64,000 nucleotides of DNA from an uncultured Pseudomonadota bacterium (lineage in GTDB: Bacteria > Myxococcota_A > Polyangia > Fen-1088), in NCBI GenBank assembly GCA_963847705.1, contig CAWKBC010000029.1, positions 192,001 to 256,000 of the forward strand, given 5' to 3'. The notes under the pieces are model-generated. The model saw nothing but the letters and a program-made list of their open reading frames with translations, searched no databases and had not been told where the DNA came from. Position numbers and translations under genes: made by a program. Below, one piece after another: positions 9,782 through 20,350 of this stretch; the stretch's first letter is position 1, and each line of letters starts with the position of its first letter.

Positions 9782-11233
9782 ATGTGTTTCAGTGAGCGCC
9801 GGGGGCGTCGGGGGCGTCGGGACCCACGGGCGCTCGCCCTGCTGGCCGCCGCCTCGCTGATCCTCATCGCGGCCCGGGCCAACGCCTCGCCGATCGACGA
9901 TCCGTTCGTGACCGGCATGTCGTTCAGCGGACCGACCTCGGGCGATCTGGGGGCGATTTACTGGAATCCGGCAGCGCTCGGCCTGATGCGCGGGTTCCAG
10001 CTGATGGTGGCCGGAACGGCGCGCTGGTCGTCGGTCGGCGCGTCGCTCCCCGCCGGCTCGGCGACCGCCACCGACTTCCGTCAGCCATTTCAGTGGCCCC
10101 CCGGCCCGGGCGCCTACGTGGCGCTGGGGTACGGGAGCGATCGGTTCACGCTGGCCTTCGCGACCTACATGCCCTACCTCGAACAGATCCATTTTCCGAC
10201 CTCGGCGACGGGCAACGAGCCGACCCGCTACCAGGTGTTGAGCATGGACCTGCGCAACCTGGCGCTGGTGCCGGCGCTGGCAATCCGGTTCGGCAACGAC
10301 CTGCGGATCGGCCTGTCGTCGGGGTTCATGTTCTCGACCGGCAGCCTCAGCTTCGCCGAGGATCTGACCGGCGCGCAGACCCCGGCCACCGACGCCCGCT
10401 ACAACATCGACTCGGGCCAGGGGATCGGCGACGCGACGTTCTCGGTCACACTCGGCGGCGGACTCTACTGGCGCCACAAGAATCTGGAGCTCGGCCTCTC
10501 CTACCAGAGCCATCCACTCGGCGGCCAGGTGGCGGGCGTCGAGGTCGCCGGCGACGCGACCACCGTCACGCGGCCGCCCAGTCAGGGCGGCGGCCTGGCC
10601 ACCTGCGGGGGCGGCCAGTCGAGCCGCTGCGTCTTCGGCGACATCGCCTACCGCCTCCCGGATGTCTTCATCGGCGGGGTCACCTGGCACCTTCGACCGG
10701 GGCTGGAGCTCAACGTGATGGCCCGCTGGCTCTGGACCCACGAGCACGACCGGATCGACATCCGCCTGGTCGGTCCCACGCTGGAGGCCGACGGGCTCCC
10801 CCAGCACATCGTTCTTTACCAGGGATTTCACGACGTGGTCGACACCCGGGCGCGGATCGCCTACTGGTGGCGCGAGCGGCTGCGCATCGGCGCCGAGCTG
10901 CGGGTCGAAAACGGCGCGGTCGACAGCAGCGCGGTCAACGCCGCGGCCGTCGACGGATGGCAGCTCGAGCCGGTCATCCTGGCCGAGCTGCGGCTCAGCC
11001 GGAGATTCTGGCTCGGCGCCGGCTACGGCCTTACCATCATGCCCAACGTGACCGTGACCAACTCGATCTTCGACTCGACCGCGGCCGCCGCCTGCAAGGC
11101 CGACAGCTATGACCTCGCCAACCCCGACAACGCCTGCCAAAAGCGCACGAACGGCACCGCTCGCCCCAGCGCCGACGGGACCTACACCAGCCTCGTGCAA
11201 GACTTCGGCCTCACCATGACCTTTCGACTCTGA
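9782..11233 (+). CDS. Outer membrane protein of the FadL/OmpP1/TodX family
   Basis: Signal peptide followed by AIYWNPAALG (FadL NPA motif), amphipathic beta-strands and a C-terminal aromatic strand; start uncertain. Confidence 0.75.
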   Translation: MCFSERRGRRGRRDPRALALLAAASLILIAARANASPIDDPFVTGMSFSGPTSGDLGAIYWNPAALGLMRGFQLMVAGTARWSSVGASLPAGSATATDFRQPFQWPPGPGAYVALGYGSDRFTLAFATYMPYLEQIHFPTSATGNEPTRYQVLSMDLRNLALVPALAIRFGNDLRIGLSSGFMFSTGSLSFAEDLTGAQTPATDARYNIDSGQGIGDATFSVTLGGGLYWRHKNLELGLSYQSHPLGGQVAGVEVAGDATTVTRPPSQGGGLATCGGGQSSRCVFGDIAYRLPDVFIGGVTWHLRPGLELNVMARWLWTHEHDRIDIRLVGPTLEADGLPQHIVLYQGFHDVVDTRARIAYWWRERLRIGAELRVENGAVDSSAVNAAAVDGWQLEPVILAELRLSRRFWLGAGYGLTIMPNVTVTNSIFDSTAAAACKADSYDLANPDNACQKRTNGTARPSADGTYTSLVQDFGLTMTFRL

Positions 11234-12675
11234 TGCTGAGCCCAGGATCCACGGCGGCGATCTCCGCGCTGGCGCTGCTCGGATGCGCCGCGACCTCCGC
11301 CCGGCGCGGCTCGGCGGCGGCGCCGGGGGGCGGCCCGACCGGCACCGGCGCCGCGCCGCCCGCCGAGATCGCCCGCGCCTCGCTGGGGACGCTGACGGTC
11401 ACCAAGTGGCGGCTCGACAACGGGCTGGAGGTGGTGCTGCTGCCCGATCCGCGGGCCACCTCGGTCAGCTACACCACCTGGTTCCGCGTCGGCTCGCGCA
11501 ACGAGGAGGCGGCGGCCGGCGAGACGGGTCTGGCGCACCTGTTCGAGCACCTGATGTTCACCCAGACCAAGAACGCCGCCGCCGACGCCTTCGACAACAA
11601 GATGGACGCCGTCGGCGGCAGCACCAACGCGATGACCTATTACGACTTCACCGCCTACGTCGACGACATTCCAGCCACGGAGATGAGCACGGCCGTCACG
11701 CTGGAGGCCGATCGGATGGTCAACCTCGATCTGCGCAAGAAGCAGGTCGACATTGAGCGCGACGTGGTGGCCGAGGAGCGCCTCTCCTCGGTGGAAGACA
11801 ACGTCGACGGGATCCTCGACGAGCTGATGTACGGGCAGGCCTACAAGACGCACCCCTACCGCTGGCCGGTGATCGGCTCGATGAAGGACATCAAGGCGAT
11901 CACCCAGGCCAAGGCGGCCGCCTTCTACAAGAAGTTCTACGCGCCCAACAACGCGGTGCTGGTGATCGCCGGGAAGATCGACGAAGCGGCGACGCTGTCG
12001 GCCATCGTCGGCGCCTACGGCGCGATCCCGCCGTCGAAGAAGCTCCCCCAGGACGAGGCCAAGCCCGAGCGCGCGCCGCAGAGCGAGGTGCGCACGGTGA
12101 TCGCCCGCCCGGTGCCCGCCGATCGCCTGGTGATCGGTTTCCCCGCGCCGGCGCTGGGCGCCCCCGACCGCGCCGCCTACGAGGTGTTGAACGAGCTGCT
12201 CGCCGACGGTCCCTCGTCCCGCCTCAACCGCGCGCTCATCGTCGACAAGCCGTGGGCCTCGTCGGTGCACGGCGACATCGCGCCCACCCGCGATCCTGGC
12301 CTCTACGCCATCTGGATCCAGATGGTGAAGGGACACACCGCCGAGGAGGCCGAGCGGCTGGTCGTCGCCGCGGCGGCCGACCTGGCGGCGCGCCCGGTCG
12401 GCGCGGCGGAGCTGGGCAAGGCAGCCGCGCGGATGGAGACCCAGTTCTGGCAGGAGCTCGGGTCGAGCCACGGGCGCGCCGAGACGGTGGGGGCATTCGA
12501 GATCGCGGCCGGCGACTTCCGGGCGCTCTTGGCGCGCGGCGCCGAGTACGCGCGCGTGACCGCCGCCGACGTGCAGAAGGTGGCCGCCGACTACCTGGCC
12601 ACCGGGGCGCGCTCGGTGGTGATCGCGCGCCCCTCCGGTGAGCCGGTGGCGCCGCAGGGGACGGAGAAGCTTTGA
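11233..12675 (+). CDS. M16 family zinc metallopeptidase, catalytic subunit (lipoprotein)
   Basis: GLAHLFEHLMF (HXXEH), NAMT, LEADRM, HPYRWPVIG, FYAPNNAVLVIAG; LLGC lipobox. Confidence 0.93.
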   Translation: MLSPGSTAAISALALLGCAATSARRGSAAAPGGGPTGTGAAPPAEIARASLGTLTVTKWRLDNGLEVVLLPDPRATSVSYTTWFRVGSRNEEAAAGETGLAHLFEHLMFTQTKNAAADAFDNKMDAVGGSTNAMTYYDFTAYVDDIPATEMSTAVTLEADRMVNLDLRKKQVDIERDVVAEERLSSVEDNVDGILDELMYGQAYKTHPYRWPVIGSMKDIKAITQAKAAAFYKKFYAPNNAVLVIAGKIDEAATLSAIVGAYGAIPPSKKLPQDEAKPERAPQSEVRTVIARPVPADRLVIGFPAPALGAPDRAAYEVLNELLADGPSSRLNRALIVDKPWASSVHGDIAPTRDPGLYAIWIQMVKGHTAEEAERLVVAAAADLAARPVGAAELGKAAARMETQFWQELGSSHGRAETVGAFEIAAGDFRALLARGAEYARVTAADVQKVAADYLATGARSVVIARPSGEPVAPQGTEKL

Positions 12676-14072
12676 GCGGCGTGGGCGCCATCGTCTCCGC
12701 CGCGCTGATGGTCGGGGTGACGCCCCCCGCGGCAGACGGCGGCCCAGCACAAGGCGCGCTCCGGCGCCCCGGTCCGGCCGGCTCGCTGGTGATCGTCGAG
12801 GACGATCACAGCGTCCCGCTCGTGCACGTCATCATCGCCTCGCGCTCGGGCTCGGCGGCCGATCCGCGTCACCGGGAGGGGCTCACCAACCTCGGCGCCG
12901 AGTGGGCGCGGCACGGCGCCGGCGGCCGCTCGCGCGCGGCGCTCGACGAGGCGTTCGACGCGCTCGGCGGGACGCTGGAGGTGCGCGTCGAGCAGGACAT
13001 GACGCGCTTCGAGGGCGAGGTTTTGGCCCGCAACCTCGACGCCTACCTGGCGCTGGTCGCCGACATCTTGATCCGCCCCAGCTTCGACCCGGCCGAATTT
13101 GTCCGCACGCGCCAGGAGATCGAGGGGCAGATCGATGAGAACCGCAACGACGATCGCCAGCTGTGCGAGCGCTTCTTCCTGCGCAACGTCTACGGCGAGC
13201 ACCCCTACGGCCATCCGGTCGACGGCCTGCCGGCCTCGCTGAACGCCGCCGCCGCCGCCGAGACCGCGGCGCATTTTCGCCGCCACTTCGGCGGGCGGAA
13301 CCTGATCTTCGCCTTCACCGGCGACGTGGAGCCCGACGCGCTCTCCGCCACGCTGGCGAGGACGTTCCACGGTCTGTCGGCCGCCCCCGCGCCCCCGCCG
13401 AACGCGCTCGAGCTGCGCGCGCCGGTGCCGCTCAAGGGGTGGCGCATCGAGCTGGTCGACAAGCCCGACCGACAACAGACGCAGCTGATGTTCGGTCACG
13501 CCACCCTGCACGCCTCCGACAGCGACTTCGTCCCGCTGCAGATCGCCATGTCGGCCTTCGGCGGGCGGGCCATGAGCTCGACCTTGATGGACGAGGTGCG
13601 CCGCAAGCGCGGCCTGGCTTACGGCGCCTACCTGATCCTGGAAGAGCGCCGCGGCGCGGGCGCGGCCATGGGCTGGGTCTTCTCGGGGACCGACAAGACG
13701 GTCGCCATGCTGAAGCTGGTGCTGAACCTCTACGTGACGTTCATGGAGAAGGGTCTGTCGCCGACCGAGGTGGCGTTCTTCCAGCGCTTCCTCATCGGCT
13801 CGCAGGCCGCCGAGATGGACGTCCCGGAGCAGCGGCTGGCGGCGCGCGTGGCCGCCGAGGTCGCCGGGCTGCCGGGCGACTTCGTGGACAGCTACGGGGC
13901 GCGCGTCTCGGCCGTCTCGCCCGCCGAGGTCAACGCCGCGATCAAGCGCCACGTCCACGCCCGCGATCTGGCCATCACGATGGTCGCCTCCGCCCCGGTG
14001 ATGAAGAAGCTGCTCACCGCGGCCAAGATTCAGGAGAGCGCCATCGACGTCGTCCCCTACGACGGTTTTTGA
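12672..14072 (+). CDS. M16 family peptidase, non-catalytic partner subunit
   Basis: M16 fold motifs (HPYGHP, SSTLMDEVRRKRGLAYG) without HXXEH; overlaps the upstream stop. Confidence 0.88.
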   Translation: MSGVGAIVSAALMVGVTPPAADGGPAQGALRRPGPAGSLVIVEDDHSVPLVHVIIASRSGSAADPRHREGLTNLGAEWARHGAGGRSRAALDEAFDALGGTLEVRVEQDMTRFEGEVLARNLDAYLALVADILIRPSFDPAEFVRTRQEIEGQIDENRNDDRQLCERFFLRNVYGEHPYGHPVDGLPASLNAAAAAETAAHFRRHFGGRNLIFAFTGDVEPDALSATLARTFHGLSAAPAPPPNALELRAPVPLKGWRIELVDKPDRQQTQLMFGHATLHASDSDFVPLQIAMSAFGGRAMSSTLMDEVRRKRGLAYGAYLILEERRGAGAAMGWVFSGTDKTVAMLKLVLNLYVTFMEKGLSPTEVAFFQRFLIGSQAAEMDVPEQRLAARVAAEVAGLPGDFVDSYGARVSAVSPAEVNAAIKRHVHARDLAITMVASAPVMKKLLTAAKIQESAIDVVPYDGF

Positions 14073-14083
14073 GGCCCAGGCGG

Positions 14084-15841
14084 ATGCTCCGGCGCGCGCC
14101 GCTCGTCGCTGCCTGCGGCCTGGCGGCGTTGCTCGGCTGCCAGCAGCCGCCCGGCACTGAAAGGTTTCGTCCGGCTCCGCTCCCCGACGCGGGCGACGCC
14201 GTCGCCGGGCTGACGCCCCTCTTCGTCACCGCGCCGCGCCCCGCCTGCGAATTCTCCGGACCGCTGGCGATCACCTCGCAGGGGGAGCCCGAGATCCTCA
14301 TCGTCACCGCCGACGGCGTCTTCACGGCGCTCGACCCCGCGACCGGCGCGCAGCTCTGGCAGGTCGCGCTGGCGGCGGGCGACGGCCTTCTCGCCAACCT
14401 GGCCGCGCCGCCCGCCCTGGTCGGTCATCGCCTCGTCTTCGCCTGGCAAGAGGTGATGCCCGACTGGACCCGGGTCGCCCATCACGTCGGCGTCATCGAT
14501 CTCGACGCCCGCGCGCTCGACCCGCAGTTCCCGTCACTCACGCTCGCCGCCAGCGCGCCGGCCAGCGACGGGTCGGGGCCGATCGACTTTCTCCCGGCCC
14601 ACGCCTATTCGCGCGCGGCGGTCGTTCACGTCGAGGTGCCGGATCGGGTGCTCGGCCTGGCCTACGTCTCCTTCGGCAACGTCCGCGATCTGCAGCCCTG
14701 GCACGGCTGGCTGTTCGAGATCGATCTCGACGCCTGGCAGGCGAACGGCGAGGCGATCACCGGCACCCTGGTCACGACCTCCGCCCAGAGCGACTGCGGC
14801 GCCGAGAACAGCGACGGCTCTCGCCAGATGAGCTGCGGCGGCGGCGTCTGGGCACCGCTCGGGCCCGAGGTGATCGCGGACCCGGCCTCCCCGGACGGGT
14901 ACGCGCTCCTGGTGGCGACCGGCAACGGGTTGCTCGATCCCACGCGCGGCAGCTACGCGAACTCCGTGCTCCGCCTGGGGCGCGGCCTCTCCTTCGATCC
15001 AGGGTGCGACCCCACGCTCTGCGCGGGGTTCGAGCCGACGGCGCCGACCGACGCCTGCGTGGCCTCTTGTGATCGGCTGTTCATCCCGCGGCTTCCCGCG
15101 GGGGAGGCCGTCCCGCGCGGCGCCAACGACGGGTGCGTCGGCCGTACGCTGTTCGAGTGTTACGCCACCTTCGACTGGGATCTGGGCGCCGACGCCCCGA
15201 TCGCCGTCGCGCTGCCGGGCGGTCCCCAGGTGATCGTCCAGGCAGGGAAGGACGGTGCGGTCTATCTGGTCGACGCCGATCACCTGGGCACGCTCTACGA
15301 CCGCGCGCCGATCATGCCCGGCTGTGGCGAGGGGGGCGGGACCTGCACCGAGACCTGGGCGGGGACCATCGTCACCAAACCGGCCGTCACCACCGTCGGC
15401 GGCGCCACGCTGGTGCTGGTCCCGACCTTCGTCGCCGACGATCTCCACCCCGCCGGGCTGCAGGCGCTGCAGATCGACACCAGCGAGGGAACGCCTCGGT
15501 TCTTGCCGCGCTGGCAGGCGCCGGCCGCTGGCGATCCGGACGCGGTGGCTGGATTCCGCGCGCCGCCCAGCGGCGTCGTCACCGTCGAGGTGGGCGGGGA
15601 GACCTACGCGGCCCTGGCCGACGCCAGCCCGCCGGCCGGGACGCTCTACTGGGTTCGGGTGCGCGACGGCGCGGTCGTTCAGAAGCTGGCGCTGGCCGGA
15701 GGGGGCCAGCGCTTCGCCCAGCCGCTCGCCGCGAACGGCATCCTCTACGTCCCCTCGTGCCAGCGCACCGGCACGCCTTCCTTCGAGGAGGGCCCCTCGA
15801 CGCTGGAGGCGTTCAAAATCGATGCTACGCTCCCGCCGTGA
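14084..15841 (+). CDS. PQQ-like beta-propeller lipoprotein, Cys-rich
   Basis: LLGC lipobox; ALDPATGAQLW, WHGWLF, GGGVW, ATGNG, DWDLGA, AGKDGAVYL motifs. Confidence 0.7.
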   Translation: MLRRAPLVAACGLAALLGCQQPPGTERFRPAPLPDAGDAVAGLTPLFVTAPRPACEFSGPLAITSQGEPEILIVTADGVFTALDPATGAQLWQVALAAGDGLLANLAAPPALVGHRLVFAWQEVMPDWTRVAHHVGVIDLDARALDPQFPSLTLAASAPASDGSGPIDFLPAHAYSRAAVVHVEVPDRVLGLAYVSFGNVRDLQPWHGWLFEIDLDAWQANGEAITGTLVTTSAQSDCGAENSDGSRQMSCGGGVWAPLGPEVIADPASPDGYALLVATGNGLLDPTRGSYANSVLRLGRGLSFDPGCDPTLCAGFEPTAPTDACVASCDRLFIPRLPAGEAVPRGANDGCVGRTLFECYATFDWDLGADAPIAVALPGGPQVIVQAGKDGAVYLVDADHLGTLYDRAPIMPGCGEGGGTCTETWAGTIVTKPAVTTVGGATLVLVPTFVADDLHPAGLQALQIDTSEGTPRFLPRWQAPAAGDPDAVAGFRAPPSGVVTVEVGGETYAALADASPPAGTLYWVRVRDGAVVQKLALAGGGQRFAQPLAANGILYVPSCQRTGTPSFEEGPSTLEAFKIDATLPP

Positions 15842-16404
15842 ACGAGGGAGCCCCCAAACCGGCGAAAGAAGCGGGCGTGCGCGTCCTCGCGCGCGGGCGC
15901 TATCTGACGTTGCTGGACGACGACGGGTGGGAGTACGTCACCCGCCACAACATCAAGGGGATCGTCGTCATCGTGGCGATCACCGACGACCAAAAGCTGC
16001 TGCTGGTCGAGCAGCACCGCCCCGCCGTCGGGAACCGGGTGATCGAGCTGCCGGCCGGCCTGGTGGGGGACATCGACGCGGGTGAGAGCCTGATCGGGGC
16101 AGCCGAACGCGAGCTCATCGAGGAGACGGGCTTCGCGGCGGGCGAGATGGTCGCCCTGGCCGAGGGCCCCATCGCCGTCGGCGTCAGCGACGAGACGATC
16201 TCCTTCTTCCATGCCCGCGACCCGAGGCGCGTCGGGCCAGGCGGCGGCGACGCGAGCGAGCAGATCACCACCCACGAGGTGCCGCTGCCGGAGCTGCGCA
16301 GGTTCCTGGCCGGTCGCGCGGCAGCGGGTCTGGCCATCGATCCGAAGATCTATGCCGGGCTGTTTCTGGTCGGCGCGCAAGTCCCCGCCCAGAGCCCCGC
16401 GTGA
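15838..16404 (+). CDS. NUDIX hydrolase (ADP-ribose pyrophosphatase-like)
   Basis: ELPAGLVG...ESLIGAAERELIEETG Nudix box; GTGA overlap with the upstream gene. Confidence 0.92.
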   Translation: MNEGAPKPAKEAGVRVLARGRYLTLLDDDGWEYVTRHNIKGIVVIVAITDDQKLLLVEQHRPAVGNRVIELPAGLVGDIDAGESLIGAAERELIEETGFAAGEMVALAEGPIAVGVSDETISFFHARDPRRVGPGGGDASEQITTHEVPLPELRRFLAGRAAAGLAIDPKIYAGLFLVGAQVPAQSPA

Positions 16405-16823
16405 CGCCCCCCGTGACCACCCTCCCCGCCCCCGGAACCCCGGTCGGCCCGCTGGGGTTCGTCGAGCGCGCGTCGGCGCCCGGCACGGCGATCTGGGACT
16501 ACGACGTCAAGCCCGAGCACTTCAACCCGAACGGCGTCCTGCACGGCGGGGTGGTCATGGCGCTGCTCGACACCGCGATGGGACAGGCGGTGGCGGCGCT
16601 GGTGGCGCCCGAGGGGGCCTTCAACGCCTCCGCCCAGATGAACGTCCACTTTCTGGAGCCGATCCGCGGCGGGCGAATCACCGCGCGGGCCGAGGTGCGC
16701 AAGTGCGGCAAGCGGCTGGCGGTGGTCGAGGCCGAGGCGACCGACGAGCACGGCGCCGTGCTGGCCATCGCCACCGCCTCGCACGCGATCCTCAGGCGGA
16801 AGCCAGAGCCGTCCTCGTCTTAG
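16401..16823 (+). CDS. PaaI family hotdog-fold thioesterase
   Basis: NPNGVLHGGVVMALLDTAMG signature. Confidence 0.92.
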   Translation: MTPPVTTLPAPGTPVGPLGFVERASAPGTAIWDYDVKPEHFNPNGVLHGGVVMALLDTAMGQAVAALVAPEGAFNASAQMNVHFLEPIRGGRITARAEVRKCGKRLAVVEAEATDEHGAVLAIATASHAILRRKPEPSSS

Positions 16824-17538
16824 CCGGGTCGTTGGTGATGACGCCGTCGACCCCCATCCGGCGGCAGGCGGCGAGCGCCGCCGGATCGTCGACGGTCCAG
16901 ACGTTCACCATGTAGCCGCGCCGCTGCCAGGCGGCCACCCGCTCCGCGGTGCAGAGCACCAGCTCCGGATGCAGCGCGAACGGCCGCAGCCACGGCGCCA
17001 GCCAGGCGCGCCGCAGCGGCAACAGCGACTGGCGTTCGAACAGCAACGCCGCGCGGACGGCGGGCAGGCGACGCATCCAGAGGTGGACCGCCAACGGATT
17101 GAACGACGACACCAGCACGCGGTGGGCGCTGTCGGTCCGCGCGACGACCTCGGCCACCGCCTCCACCAGCGCGGCGATCGGGCCGACGCCGAGCACGTTG
17201 GCCTTGAGCTCGACGTTGACCAGGAGGTCTGGACCGCAGGCCTCCAGCGCCTCTTCCAGGGTGGGGATGGTCGTCCCGCCGGGGAGCTGGACGTCGCGCA
17301 GGGTCCGGTAGGGAAGCTCGGCAATGCGCTCCGGCCGCCCCGCCAGGCGCGCGAGATCGTCGTCGTGAAAGACCATCACCTCGCCGGTCGCCGACAGCAA
17401 GACGTCCAGCTCGACGCCGTCAGCACCGTCGCTGCGGGCGCGCCGAAATGCCGCGACCGTGTTCTCGGTCTCACGTGCGCTCGCCCCGCGATGTCCGAGG
17501 ACCAGCGGTCCCTCCCCGGGCCGGCGCGACTGCCACAC
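16792..17538 (-). CDS. Glycerophosphodiester phosphodiesterase
   Basis: GHRGAS..ENT, GVELDV, VFHD, NVELK, SSF, VWTVD, GVDGVITNDP. Confidence 0.93.
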   Translation of the reverse strand: MWQSRRPGEGPLVLGHRGASARETENTVAAFRRARSDGADGVELDVLLSATGEVMVFHDDDLARLAGRPERIAELPYRTLRDVQLPGGTTIPTLEEALEACGPDLLVNVELKANVLGVGPIAALVEAVAEVVARTDSAHRVLVSSFNPLAVHLWMRRLPAVRAALLFERQSLLPLRRAWLAPWLRPFALHPELVLCTAERVAAWQRRGYMVNVWTVDDPAALAACRRMGVDGVITNDPAKTRTALASA

Positions 17539-17583
17539 ACGAAAAGCGTACCACCGGCGAGGCGGCGCATTAAACTAGAGGCA

Positions 17584-20001
17584 ATGTCGCGACGTGCACC
17601 CTCGGCCGTGGTCGGGGCTCTCGCCTTGGGTTTGCTCGCAGGGTTGGCCACCGGCATCAGCGGAGGCTGTGCGCACACCAGCAAGCCGCCGCCGTCCGGG
17701 CCTGGCCAGGCGCTGGCCAGCGAGGCTTCGCGCATCGGCGCGATTGCCTACGAGGACGACTTCCTCGAAGCCCGGCTGGTCTTCCAGGCGTTGCCGATCG
17801 CGGCGCCCGAGCGGGTGGCGTTGCGCTCCAAGCTCCTCCACTACCTCCTCGATCCGGTGCTGGCGCTCAAGCTGGACGACATCCGGCGCGAGTCGCGCGA
17901 GCTCGAGAGTGACGACGTCTACGAGTCGGTCTTCTCGTCCTTCCGAGATGCGCTGGGGCTCTTCGATCCGAGCGAGCTGTGGGCGGCGCCGGCGCGCGTG
18001 ACGCCCGAGGAGGCGCGCCTCCTGCGGCCAGCGGCGGAGCTGGTCATCGCCCTTTATTCTCCCCGCGGCGGCGATCAGCAGGCGGTGCTGGCGCTGGCGG
18101 CGCTGGCCACGATCGCCCCCGCCGAGCACGAATGGCAGGAGCGGCTCGATCAGGTCGTCCACTGGAGCGAAGAGGAGAGCAACTTCGACGAAGGGGGCGG
18201 CATGCACCGGGGCAGCAGCGCCATCGACGCGCTCGAAAGCGCGCTCGGCGACTGGCCGGCCCCCGCGGTGGTCCTGCGCCTCGACCAGCTCTACGTCGCC
18301 CGGCAGAAGCGGTTCGCCTCGGCGCTCAGCCACCCGCCGTCGGGGGACGGCGCACGGCGGGCGCTCGGCGAGCTGTTGCTGGCGCACGGCGACGAGATGC
18401 AGCGGGCGGTCACCAGCCTGGCCGGCGCCTACCTGCGCGCCGGACGGATCGCCGATGCGGCCACCCGAACGGCGCAGATGACCGGCCAGCTGGCCGGCAA
18501 TGACGGCGACGACCCCGAGCTGCGCGCCCTGCTGGTCGCCGCGGCCAAGCCCAACGCCGCCGCAGCCGACTACCTGGCGCTCGCGCGCCGGTTCCTGCCC
18601 CGGGTCGACTTCCTGGGCGGGACCGCCACCGACGCCCCCGATCCGGTGGTGGCGTTCCGGGTTCTGGAGGCGGGCCTGGGCGCGCACCCCTCCGATGTGG
18701 ATCTCCTCATCCTCAACGGTCACGTCGCGCGTCTGCTGTCGTCTTACTTCCTGGCCATCCGGCGGCTCGAGGAGGCGGAGGCGGTGCTCGAGGCCAACCC
18801 GTCGGCACGAGACCTCGACGGCAAGATCTCGGCGGAGCTGATCGAGCTCTACTTCGTCCGCCTGCGGCTGCGCCTCGATCCCGAGCGCGACGCGCCGGCC
18901 TTTGCGGAGGCCGACGATCTCAAGCGGCGATTCGCCGACACCAAACGCCGGTTCGCCAGCACCGAGATGAAGGTCCGAGACGCCGACATCGACTTCGAGC
19001 TGGCCCGCAGCTACGTCAACGAGGGCCTCATCGACCGCGCCGAGCCGCTGTTTCTGCGGGCGCGTGAGGAGGGTGAACCGACCGCCGACGTGACGGTCGA
19101 GCTGGCCAACCTGGCGCTCAAGCGCGGCAATCCGGCGCGCGCCACCCGAATCGTCCGCGAGGGGCTGGAGGCCCTGCGCGCCAAGGGTGCGTCGCAAGAC
19201 ACCATCGGCTCCGTCGAGGGGCGGGCGCGGCTGGACCGCCTGCTGGGCGACACCTTCGATGCCGCCGGCGATCGCGACGCAGCGGCGACCGCCTGGCGAG
19301 GCTCGCTCATTGGCTGGGAGCGGTTGATGATCGAGCACATCCGCCGGAAGAACGTCGCCGAGTCGGCCGAGGCGAAGGTGGAGGTTGGCAAGCTGCTCTA
19401 CCTCTTGGGCCGTCACGCCGAGGCCTTGCAGCAGTTCGACGACGCCCTCGAGGCCGACGACGACCGCGACCAGTCGTACATCGACATCGTCGCCTTTCTC
19501 GTTCAAGCGGGCGAGACCGACGCCGCGCTCAGCGTCTACCACCGCGCCCTCTCCCGCCCCGGCCATTCCGTGTCGGAGTACGTGAAGGTCTACACCTCGC
19601 TCTGGATCCTCGACCTGACCCGCCGAACTAACAAGGTCGGCGATCCCAAGGCCGAGGCCTACCTGCGCACCCTCGATCAGCGCCACGGCGAGCTCCGCCC
19701 CCACCGCGGTGCCGCCTGGTCCCGCCTGCTGGGCCGCTACGCCGTCGGCAAGATCACCTACGAGCAGGCGCTGGCGGCGGCCGACACGCCCGGAAAACGC
19801 GCGGAGATCTACTTCTACGAGGCGATGCACCGCCTCGAAGAGGGGAAGTCGGACGACGCGCATCAGCTCTGGCAGAAGGTGGTCGAGACGCAGATGTTCT
19901 CGTTCTTCGAGTTCGACATGGCGTCCCACTACCTCCGCACGGGGGCGCCCACGTCTCCTGCCACGTCCGACAGCGCCGCCGCCGCCGCCGCCGCGATCTG
20001 A
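17584..20001 (+). CDS. Large TPR-repeat lipoprotein (NlpI-like C-terminus)
   Basis: Hydrophobic signal ending in Cys (SGGC); TPR-like helices; C-terminal AEIYFYEA..FSFFEFDMA. Confidence 0.7.
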   Translation: MSRRAPSAVVGALALGLLAGLATGISGGCAHTSKPPPSGPGQALASEASRIGAIAYEDDFLEARLVFQALPIAAPERVALRSKLLHYLLDPVLALKLDDIRRESRELESDDVYESVFSSFRDALGLFDPSELWAAPARVTPEEARLLRPAAELVIALYSPRGGDQQAVLALAALATIAPAEHEWQERLDQVVHWSEEESNFDEGGGMHRGSSAIDALESALGDWPAPAVVLRLDQLYVARQKRFASALSHPPSGDGARRALGELLLAHGDEMQRAVTSLAGAYLRAGRIADAATRTAQMTGQLAGNDGDDPELRALLVAAAKPNAAAADYLALARRFLPRVDFLGGTATDAPDPVVAFRVLEAGLGAHPSDVDLLILNGHVARLLSSYFLAIRRLEEAEAVLEANPSARDLDGKISAELIELYFVRLRLRLDPERDAPAFAEADDLKRRFADTKRRFASTEMKVRDADIDFELARSYVNEGLIDRAEPLFLRAREEGEPTADVTVELANLALKRGNPARATRIVREGLEALRAKGASQDTIGSVEGRARLDRLLGDTFDAAGDRDAAATAWRGSLIGWERLMIEHIRRKNVAESAEAKVEVGKLLYLLGRHAEALQQFDDALEADDDRDQSYIDIVAFLVQAGETDAALSVYHRALSRPGHSVSEYVKVYTSLWILDLTRRTNKVGDPKAEAYLRTLDQRHGELRPHRGAAWSRLLGRYAVGKITYEQALAAADTPGKRAEIYFYEAMHRLEEGKSDDAHQLWQKVVETQMFSFFEFDMASHYLRTGAPTSPATSDSAAAAAAAI

Positions 20002-20027
20002 TGTCGCGGCCCGGGCCCGGGCCCGGG

Positions 20028-20290
20028 CTCGCCTCGCTTCGCTCGCTCGCCCTACCGCCACCGCCCGGGCCCGGGCTCGCGCTCGCCTCGCTTCGCTCGC
20101 TCGCCCTATCGCCACCGGGCACGCGCTCGCGCTCGCCTCGCTTCGCTCGCTCGCCCTACCGCCACCGGGCACGCGCTCGCGCTCGCTTCGCTCGCTCGCC
20201 CTATCGCCACCGGGCACGCGCTCGCGCTCGCCTCGCTTCGCTCGCTCGCCCTATCGCCACCGGGCACGCGCTCGCCTCGCTTCGCTCGCC
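20028..20290. repeat. Tandem array A: 5 full plus 1 partial copies of a ~45-54 bp unit
   Basis: Core ctcgcctcgcttcgctcgctcgccctaYcgccacc at 20028, 20082, 20132, 20182 (5 nt shorter), 20227 and partial at 20271. Confidence 0.95.
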
Positions 20291-20350
20291 CGCCCACGCT
20301 TCCGGCTGCGTTCGCCGTCAACCCCGGCGTTTCGCGCCGGCGAGATCTCT

